From Eledone cirrhosa (Eukaryota), in the NCBI GenBank assembly GCA_964016885.1, contig OZ024758.1:33542001-33606000 (forward strand): 64,000 nucleotides of DNA, read 5' to 3'. Below are positions 54,606-64,000 of this stretch, piece by piece; position 1 is the first letter of the stretch, and every line of letters begins with the position of its first letter. The position numbers and the translations under genes are program-made. Below the pieces are notes generated by a model that made no database searches, was not told the origin of the DNA, and worked only from the letters and a program-made list of their open reading frames with translations.

Positions 54606-57600
54606 ATGGTACTAGCTGTCAGAAGTAACTCCACTGTTGGTGAGAATTCATTTAAGTTCATGGTATTAGTTTGTCAGAAGTAACTCCACTGTTGGTGAGA
54701 ATTCATTTAAGTCATGGTATTAGTTGTCAGAAGTAACTCCAATGTTGGTGAGAATTCATTTAAGTCATGGTACTAGCTGTCAGAAGTAACTCCAATGTTG
54801 GTGAGAATTCATTTAAGTTCATGGTATTAGCTGTCAGAAGGAACTCCACTGTTGGTGAGAATTCATTTAAGTTCATGGTATTAGCTGTCAGAAGTAACTC
54901 CACTGTTGGTGAGAATTCATTTAAGTTCATGGTACTAGCTGTCAGAAGTAACTCCAATGTTGGTGAGAATTCATTTAAGTTCATGGTATTAGCTGTCAGA
55001 AGTAACTCCACTGTTGGTGAGAATTCATTTAAGTCATGGTATTAGCTGTCAGAAGTAACTCCACTGTTGGTGAGAATTCAGTTAAGTTCATGGTACTAGC
55101 TGTCAGAAGTAACTCCACTGTTGGTGAGAATTCATTTAAGTTCATGGTATTAGTTTGTCAGAAGTAACTCCACTGTTGGTGAGAATTCATTTAAGTTCAT
55201 AGTATTAGCTGTCAGAAGGAACGCCACTGTTGGTGAGAATTCATTTAAGTTCATGGTATTAGCTGTCAGAAGTAACTCCACTGTTGGTGAGAATTCATTT
55301 AAGTTCATGGTACTAGCTGTCAGAAGTAACTCCAATGTTGGTGAGAATTCATTTAAGTTCATGGTATTAGCTGTCAGAAGGAACTCCACTGTTGGTGAGA
55401 ATTCATTTAAGTTCATGGTATTAGCTGTCAGAAGTAACTCCACTGTTGGTGAGAATTCATTTAAGTTCATGGTACTAGCTGTCAGAAGTAACTCCAATGT
55501 TGGTGAGAATTCATTTAAGTTCATGGTATTAGCTGTCAGAAGTCACTCCACTGTTGGTGAGAATTCATTTAAGTTCATGGTATTAGCTGTCAGAAGTCAC
55601 TCCACTGTTGGTGAGAATTCATTTAAGTTCATGGTACTAGCTGTCAGAAGTAACCCCAATGTTTGTGAGAATTCATTTAAGTTCATGGTATTAGCTGTCA
55701 GAAGTCACTCCAATGTTGGTGAGAATTCATTTAAGTTCATGGTATTAGCTGTCAGAAGTAACTCCACTGTTGGTGAGAATTCATTTAAGTTCATGGTATT
55801 AGCTGTCAGAAGTAACTCCACTGTTGGTGAGAATTCATTTAAGTTCATGGTATTAGCTGTCAGAAGTAACTCCACTGTTGGTGAGAATTCATTTAAGTTC
55901 ATGGTATTAGCTGTCAGAAGTAACTCCACTGTTGGTGAGAATTCATTTAAGTCATGGTATTAGCTGTCAGAAGTAACTCCAATGTTGGTGAGAATTCATT
56001 TAAGTTCATGGTATTAGCTGTCAGAAGTAACTCCACTGTTGGTGAGAATTCATTTAAGTTCATGGTATTAGCTGTCAGAAGTAACTCCACTGTTGGTGAG
56101 AATTCATTTAAGTTCATGGTACTAGCTGTCAGAAGTAACTCCACTGTTGGTGAGAATTCATTTACGTTCATGGTATTAGTTTGTCAGAAGTAACTCCACT
56201 GTTGGTGAGAATTCATTTAAGTTCATAGTATTAGCTGTCAGAAGGAACGCCACTGTTGGTGAGAATTCATTTAAGTTCATGGTATTAGCTGTCAGAAGTA
56301 ACTCCACTGTTGGTGAGAATTCATTTAAGTTCATGGTACTAGCTGTCAGAAGTAACTCCAATGTTGGTGAGAATTCATTTAAGTTCATGGTATTAGCTGT
56401 CAGAAGGAACTCCACTGTTGGTGAGAATTCATTTAAGTTCATGGTATTAGCTGTCAGAAGTAACTCAATTGTTGGTGAGAATTCATTTAAGTCATGGTAC
56501 TAGCTGTCAGAAGTAACTCCACTGTTGGTGAGAATTCATTTAAGTTCATGGTATTAGTTTGTCAGAAGTAACTCCACTGTTGGTGAGAATTCATTTAAGT
56601 CATGGTATTAGTTGTCAGAAGTAACTCCAATGTTGGTGAGAATTCATTTAAGTTCATGGTACTAGCTGTCAGAAGTAACTCCATTGTTGGTGAGAATTCA
56701 TTTAAGTTCATGGTACTAGCTGTCAGAAGTAACTCCACTGTTGGTGAGAATTCATTTAAGTTCATGGTATTAGTTTGTCAGAAGTAACTCCACTGTTGGT
56801 GAGAATTCATTTAAGTCATGGTATTAGTTGTCAGAAGTAACTCCAATGTTGGTGAGAATTCATTTAAGTCATGGTACTAGCTGTCAGAAGTAACTCCAAT
56901 GTTGGTGAGAATTCATTTAAGTTCATGGTATTAGCTGTCAGAAGGAACTCCACTGTTGGTGAGAATTCATTTAAGTTCATGGTATTAGCTGTCAGAAGTA
57001 ACTCAACTGTTGGTGAGAATTCATTTAAGTTCATGGTACTAGCTTTCAGAAGTAACTCCAATGTTGGTGAGAATTCATTTAAGTTCATGGTATTAGCTGT
57101 CAGAAGTAACTCCACTGTTGGTGAGAATTCATTTAAGTCATGGTATTAGCTGTCAGAAGTAACTCCAATGTTGGTGAGAATTCATTTAAGTTCATGGTAT
57201 TAGCTGTCAGAAGTAACTCCACTGTTGGTGAGAATTCATTTAAGTTCATGGTATTAGCTGTCAGAAGTAACTCCACTGTTGGTGAGAATTCATTTAAGTT
57301 CATGGTATTAGCTGTCAGAAGGAACTCCACTGTTGGTGAGAATTCATTTAAGTTCATGGTACTAGCTGTCAGAAGTAACTCCACTGTTGGTGAGAATTCA
57401 TTTAAGTTCATGGTATTAGCTGTCAGAAGTAACTCCACTGTTGGTGAGAATTCATTTAAGTTCATGGTATTAGCTGTCAGAAGGAACTCCAATGTTGGTG
57501 AGAATTCATTTAAGTCATGGTACTAGCTGTCAGAAGTAACTCCACTGTTGGTGAGAATTCATTTAAGTTCATGGTATTAGCTGTCAGAAGGAACGCCACT

Positions 57601-60600
57601 GTTGGTGAGAATTCATTTAAGTTCATGGTATTAGCTGTCAGAAGTAACTCCACTGTTGGTGAGAATTCATTTAAGTTCATGGTACTAGCTGTCAGAAGTA
57701 ACTCCAATGTTGGTGAGAATTCATTTAAGTTCATGGTATTAGCTGTAAGAAGGAACTCCACTGTTGGTGAGAATTCATTTAAGTTCATGGTATTAGCTGT
57801 CAGAAGTAACTCCACTGTTGGTGAGAATTCATTTATGTTCATGGTACTAGTTGTCAGAAGTAACTCCACTGTTGGTGAGAATATATTTAAGTTCATGGTA
57901 TTAGTTGTCAGAAGTAACTCCACTGTTGGTGAGAATTCATTTAAGTCATGGTATCAGTTGTCAGAAGTAACTCCAATGTTGGTGAGAATTCATTTAAGTT
58001 CATGGTACTAGCTGTCAGAAGTAACTCCACTGTTGGTGAGAATTCATTTAAGTTCATGGTATTAGCTGTCAGAAGTAACTCCACTGTTGGTGAGAATTCA
58101 TTTAAGTCATGGTATTAGCTGTCAGAAGTAACTCCATTGTTGGTGAGCATTCATTTAAGTCATGGTACTAGCTGTCAGAAGTAACTCCACTGTTGGTGAG
58201 AATTCATTTAAGTTCATGGTATTAGCTGTCAGAAGTCACTCCACTGTTGGTGAGAATTCATTTAAGTTCATGGTACTAGCTGTCAGAAGTAACTCCACTG
58301 TTGGTGAGAATTCATTTAAGTTCATGGTATTAGTTTGTCAGAAGTAACTCCACTGTTGGTGAGAATTCATTTAAGTCATGGTATTAGTTGTCAGAAGTAA
58401 CTCCAATGTTGGTGAGAATTCATTTAAGTCATGGTACTAGCTGTCAGAAGTAACTCCAATGTTGGTGAGAATTCATTTAAGTTCATGGTATTAGCTGTCA
58501 GAAGGAACTCCACTGTTGGTGAGAATTCATTTAAGTTCATGGTATTAGCTGTCAGAAGTAACTCCACTGTTGGTGAGAATTCATTTAAGTTCATGGTACT
58601 AGCTGTCAGAAGTAACTCCAACGTTGGTGAGAATTCATTTAAGTTCATGGTATTAGCTGTCAGAAGTAACTCCACTGTTGGTGAGAATTCATTTAAGTCA
58701 TGGTATTAGCTGTCAGAAGTAACTCCACTGTTGGTGAGAATTCATTTAAGTTCATGGTATTAGCTGTCAGAAGTAACTCCACTGTTGGTGAGAATTCATT
58801 TAAGTTCATGGTACTAGCTGTCAGAAGTCACTCCACTGTTGGTGAGAATTCATTTAAGTTCATGGTATTAGCTGTCAGAAGTCACTCCACTGTTGGTGAG
58901 AATTCATTTAAGTTCATGGTACTAGCTGTCAGAAGTAACCCCAATGTTTGTGAGAATTCATTTAAGTTCATGGTATTAGCTGTCAGAAGTCACTCCAATG
59001 TTGGTGAGAATTCATTTAAGTTCATGGTATTAGCTGTCAGAAGTAACTCCACTGTTGGTGAGAATTCATTTAAGTTCATGGTATTAGCTGGCAGAAGTAA
59101 CTCCACTGTTGGTGAGAATTCATTTAAGTTCATGGTATTAGCTGTCAGAAGTAACTCCACTGTTGGTGAGAATTCATTTAAGTTCATGGTATTAGCTGTC
59201 AGAAGTAACTCCACTGTTGGTGAGAATTCATTTAAGTCATGGTATTAGCTGTCAGAAGTAACTCCAATGTTGGTGAGAATTCATTTAAGTTCATGGTATT
59301 AGCTGTCAGAAGTAACTCCACTGTTGGTGAGAATTCATTTAAGTTCATGGTATTAGCTGTCAGAAGTAACTCCACTGTTGGTGAGAATTCATTTAAGTTC
59401 ATGGTACTAGCTGTCAGAAGTAACTCCACTGTTGGTGAGAATTCATTTACGTTCATGGTATTAGTTTGTCAGAAGTAAGTCCACTGTTGGTGAGAATTCA
59501 TTTAAGTTCATAGTATTAGCTGTCAGAAGGAACGCCACTGTTGGTGAGAATTCATTTAAGTTCATGGTATTAGCTGTCAGAAGTAACTCCACTGTTGGTG
59601 AGAATTCATTTAAGTTCATGGTACTAGCTGTCAGAAGTAACTCCAATGTTGGTGAGAATTCATTTAAGTTCATGGTATTAGCTGTCAGAAGGAACTCCAC
59701 TGTTGGTGAGAATTCATTTAAGTTCATGGTATTACCTGTCAGAAGTAACTCAATTGTTGGTGAGAATTCATTTAAGTCATGGTACTAGCTGTCAGAAGTA
59801 ACTCCACTGTTGGTGAGAATTCATTTAAGTTCATGGTATTAGTTTGTCAGAAGTAACTCCACTGTTGGTGAGAATTCATTTAAGTCATGGTATTAGTTGT
59901 CAGAAGTAACTCCAATGTTGGTGAGAATTCATTTAAGTTCATGGTACTAGCTGTCAGAAGTAACTCCATTGTTGGTGAGAATTCATTTAAGTTCATGGTA
60001 CTAGCTGTCAGAAGTAACTCCACTGTTGGTGAGAATTCATTTAAGTTCATGGTATTAGTTTGTCAGAAGTAACTCCACTGTTGGTGAGAATTCATTTAAG
60101 TCATGGTATTAGTTGTCAGAAGTAACTCCAATGTTGGTGAGAATTCATTTAAGTCATGGTACTAGCTGTCAGAAGTAACTCCAATGTTGGTGAGAATTCA
60201 TTTAAGTTCATGGTATTAGCTGTCAGAAGGAACTCCACTGTTGGTGAGAATTCATTTAAGTTCATGGTATTAGCTGTCAGAAGTAACTCAACTGTTGGTG
60301 AGAATTCATTTAAGTTCATGGTACTAGCTGTCAGAAGTAACTCCAATGATGGTGAGAATTCATTTAAGTTCATGGTATTAGCTGTCAGAAGTAACTCCAC
60401 TGTTGGTGAGAATTCATTTAAGTCATGGTATTAGCTGTCAGAAGTAACTCCACTGTTGGTGAGAATTCATTTAAGTCATGGTATTAGCTGTCAGAAATAC
60501 TCCATTGTTGGTGAGCATTCATTTAAGTCATGGTACTAGCTGTCAGAAGTAACTCCACTGTTGGTGAGAATTCATTTAAGTTCATGGTATTAGCTGTCAG

Positions 60601-62035
60601 AAGTCACTCCACTGTTGGTGAGAATTCATTTAAGTTCATGGTACTAGCTGTCAGAAGTAACTCCACTGTTGGTGAGAATTCATTTAAGTTCATGGTATTA
60701 GTTTGTCAGAAGTAACTCCACTGTTGGTGAGAATTCATTTAAGTCATGGTATTAGTTGTCAGAAGTAACTCCACTGTTGGTGAGAATTCATTTAAGTCAT
60801 GGTATTAGTTGTCAGAAGTAACTCCAATGTTGGTGAGAATTCATTTAAGTCATGGTACTAGCTGTCAGAAGTAACTCCAATGTTGGTGAGAATTCATTTA
60901 AGTTCATGGTATTAGCTGTCAGAAGGAACTCCACTGTTGGTGAGAATTCATTTAAGTTCATGGTATTAGCTGTCAGAAGTAACTCCACTGTTGGTGAGAA
61001 TTCATTTAAGTTCATGGTACTAGCTGTCAGAAGTAACTCCAATGTTGGTGAGAATTCATTTAAGTTCATGGTATTAGCTGTCAGAAGTAACTCCACTGTT
61101 GGTGAGAATTCATTTAAGTCATGGTATTAGCTGTCAGAAGTAACTCCACTGTTGGTGAGAATTCATTTAAGTTCATGGTATTAGCTGTCAGAAGTAACTC
61201 CACTGTTGGTGAGAATTCATTTAAGTTCATGGTACTAGCTGTCAGAAGTAACTCCAATGTTGGTGAGAATTCATTTAAGTTCATGGTATTAGCTGTCAGA
61301 AGGAACTCCACTGTTGGTGAGAATTCATTTAAGTTCATGGTATTAGCTGTCAGAAGTAACTCCATTGTTGGTGAGAATTCATTTAAGTCATGGTACTAGC
61401 TGTCAGAAGTAACTCCACTGTTGGTGAGAATTCATTTAAGTTCATGGTATTAGTTTGTCCGAAGTAACTCCACTGTTGGTGCGAATTCATTTAAGTCATG
61501 GTATTAGTTGTCAGAAGTAACTCCAATGTTGGTGAGAATTCATTTAAGTTCATGGTACTAGCTGTCAGAAGTAACTCCATTGTTGGTGAGAATTCATTTA
61601 AGTTCATGGTACTAGCTGTCAGAAGTAACTCCACTGTTGGTGAGAATTCATTTAAGTTCATGGTATTAGTTTGTCAGAAGTAACTCCACTGTTGGTGAGA
61701 ATTCATTTAAGTCATGGTATTAGTTGTCAGAAGTAACTCCAATGCTGGTGAGAATTCATTTAAGTCATGGTACTAGCTGTCAGAAGTAACTCCAATGTTG
61801 GTGAGAATTCATTTAAGTTCATGGTATTAGCTGTCAGAAGGAACTCCACTGTTGGTGAGAATTCATTTAAGTTCATGGTATTAGCTGTCAGAAGTAACTC
61901 AACTGTTGGTGAGAATTCATTTAAGTTCATGGTACTAGCTGTCAGAAGTAACTCCAATGTTGGTGAGAATTCATTTAAGTTCATGGTATTAGCTGTCAGA
62001 AGTAACTCCACTGTTGGTGAGAATTCATTTAAGTC

Positions 62036-62790
62036 ATGGTATTAGCTGTCAGAAGTAACTCCAATGTTGGTGAGAATTCATTTAAGTTCATGGTATTAGC
62101 TGTCAGAAGTAACTCCACTGTTGGTGAGAATTCATTTAAGTTCATGGTATTAGCTGTCAGAAGTAACTCCACTGTTGGTGAGAATTCATTTAAGTTCATG
62201 GTATTAGCTGTCAGAAGGAACTCCACTGTTGGTGAGAATTCATTTAAGTTCATGGTACTAGCTGTCAGAAGTAACTCCACTGTTGGTTAGAATTCATTTA
62301 AGTTCATGGTATTAGCTGTCAGAAGTAACTCCACTGTTGGTGAGAATTCATTTAAGTTCATGGTATTAGCTGTCAGAAGGAACTCCAATGTTGGTGAGAA
62401 TTCATTTAAGTCATGGTACTAGCTGTCAGAAGTAACTCCACTGTTGGTGAGAATTCATTTAAGTTCATGGTATTAGCTGTCAGAAGTAACTCCAATGTTG
62501 GTGAGAATTCATTTAAGTTCATGGTATTAGCTGTCAGAAGTAACTCCACTGTTGGTGAGAATTCATTTAAGTTCATGGTATTAGCTGTCAGAAGTAACTC
62601 CACTGTTGGTGAGAATTCATTTAAGTTCATGGTATTAGCTGTCAGAAGGAACTCCACTGTTGGTGAGAATTCATTTAAGTTCATGGTACTAGCTGTCAGA
62701 AGTAACTCCACTGTTGGTTAGAATTCATTTAAGTTCATGGTATTAGCTGTCAGAAGTAACTCCACTGTTGGTGAGAATTCATTTAAGTTC
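62036..62790. repeat. 8-monomer (431 bp) local duplication
   Basis: The GGTTAG variant (stop codons ending at 62290 and 62721) was seen only at these two places. They are 431 bp apart with the same preceding monomer order. Confidence 0.85.
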
Positions 62791-64000
62791 ATGGTATTAG
62801 CTGTCAGAAGTAACTCCACTGTTGGTGAGAATTCATTTAAGTTCATGGTATTAGCTGTCAGAAGTAACTCCACTGTTGGTGAGAATTCATTTAAGTTCAT
62901 GGTATTAGCTGTCAGAAGTAACTCCACTGTTGGTGAGAATTCATTTAAGTCATGGTATTAGCTGTCAGAAGTAACTCCAATGTTGGTGAGAATTCATTTA
63001 AGTTCATGGTATTAGCTGTCAGAAGTAACTCCACTGTTGGTGAGAATTCATTTAAGTTCATGGTATTAGCTGTCAGAAGTAACTCCACTGTTGGTGAGAA
63101 TTCATTTAAGTTCATGGTACTAGCTGTCAGAAGTAACTCCACTGTTGGTGAGAATTCATTTACGTTCATGGTATTAGTTTGTCAGAAGTAACTCCACTGT
63201 TGGTGAGAATTCATTTAAGTTCATAGTATTAGCTGTCAGAAGGAACGCCACTGTTGGTGAGAATTCATTTAAGTTCATGGTATTAGCTGTCAGAAGTAAC
63301 TCCACTGTTGGTGAGAATTCATTTAAGTTCATGGTACTAGCTGTCAGAAGTAACTCCAATGTTGGTGAGAATTCATTTAAGTTCATGGTATTAGCTGTCA
63401 GAAGGAACTCCACTGTTGGTGAGAATTCATTTAAGTTCATGGTATTAGCTGTCAGAAGTAACTCAATTGTTGGTGAGAATTCATTTAAGTCATGGTACTA
63501 GCTGTCAGAAGTAACTCCACTGTTGGTGAGAATTCATTTAAGTTCATGGTATTAGTTTGTCAGAAGTAACTCCACTGTTGGTGAGAATTCATTTAAGTCA
63601 TGGTATTAGTTGTCAGAAGTAACTCCAATGTTGGTGAGAATTCATTTAAGTTCATGGTACTAGCTGTCAGAAGTAACTCCATTGTTGGTGAGAATTCATT
63701 TAAGTTCATGGTACTAGCTGTCAGAAGTAACTCCACTGTTGGTGAGAATTCATTTAAGTTCATGGTATTAGTTTGTCAGAAGTAACTCCACTGTTGGTGA
63801 GAATTCATTTAAGTCATGGTATTAGTTGTCAGAAGTAACTCCAATGTTGGTGAGAATTCATTTAAGTCATGGTACTAGCTGTCAGAAGTAACTCCAATGT
63901 TGGTGAGAATTCATTTAAGTTCATGGTATTAGCTGTCAGAAGGAACTCCACTGTTGGTGAGAATTCATTTAAGTTCATGGTATTAGCTGTCAGAAGTAAC

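Larger units (their letters stand above)
1..64000. repeat. 54-bp monomer tandem satellite array (~1,190 head-to-tail copies; runs off both window ends)
   Basis: Monomer starts (ATG) recur at 5, 59, 113, 167 and onward to the end of the window. The consensus is ATGGTATTAGCTGTCAGAAGTAACTCCACTGTTGGTGAGAATTCATTTAAGTTC, and most copies differ by 0-3 changes. Frequent 53-bp copies (AAGTTC>AAGTC) and +1 copies (TAGCTG>TAGTTTG) occur. No non-repeat sequence was seen. Confidence 0.99.

Noticed and set aside
60478-60529. 52-bp monomer (AGAAATACTCC), the shortest noticed
   Set aside because: It is a singleton local mutation or sequencing error, with no sign of an insertion footprint or target-site duplication.
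1-64000. CRISPR array or other repeat-spacer system
   Set aside because: The monomers abut directly, with no unique spacers, leader or cas genes.
1-64000. Nucleosome-phased trimer (3 x 54 = 162 bp) governing duplication sizes
   Set aside because: Sizes of 12, 42 and 63 monomers are multiples of three, but 8, 44, 61 and 101 are not. No consistent trimer pattern is visible in the variants.
1-64000. Synthetic or rolling-circle concatemer artefact
   Set aside because: Hierarchically shared, region-specific variants indicate an evolutionary history rather than random errors on a single template. Local mis-assembly cannot be excluded without reads.

Overview
The whole 64 kb window is one uninterrupted, single-orientation tandem array of a 54-bp monomer (consensus ATGGTA[T/C]TAGCTGTCAGAAGTAACTCCA[C/A/T]TGTTGGTGAGAATTCATTTAAGTTC). 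It holds about 1,190 copies, is about 37% GC, has one EcoRI site per monomer and has no CpG in the consensus. It looks like eukaryotic satellite DNA, but I do not recognise the family or organism. I found no unique sequence, gene, RNA gene, mobile element, CRISPR spacer or inversion. All ORFs in the track are read-throughs of the 18-codon monomer, mostly cut short by recurrent 1-bp indels. The real information is in the variant pattern. A small alphabet of recurrent variants forms conserved multi-monomer cassettes and irregular higher-order duplications (about 431, 645, 2261-2264, 2372, 3282, 3392, 4684, 5442 and 8834 bp). Some chimeric monomers mark recombination breakpoints, and diagnostic variants are restricted to sub-regions. 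I see no evidence for a novel gene-based biological system here. All analysis was by eye plus ORF-track coordinate arithmetic, so block boundaries are approximate.
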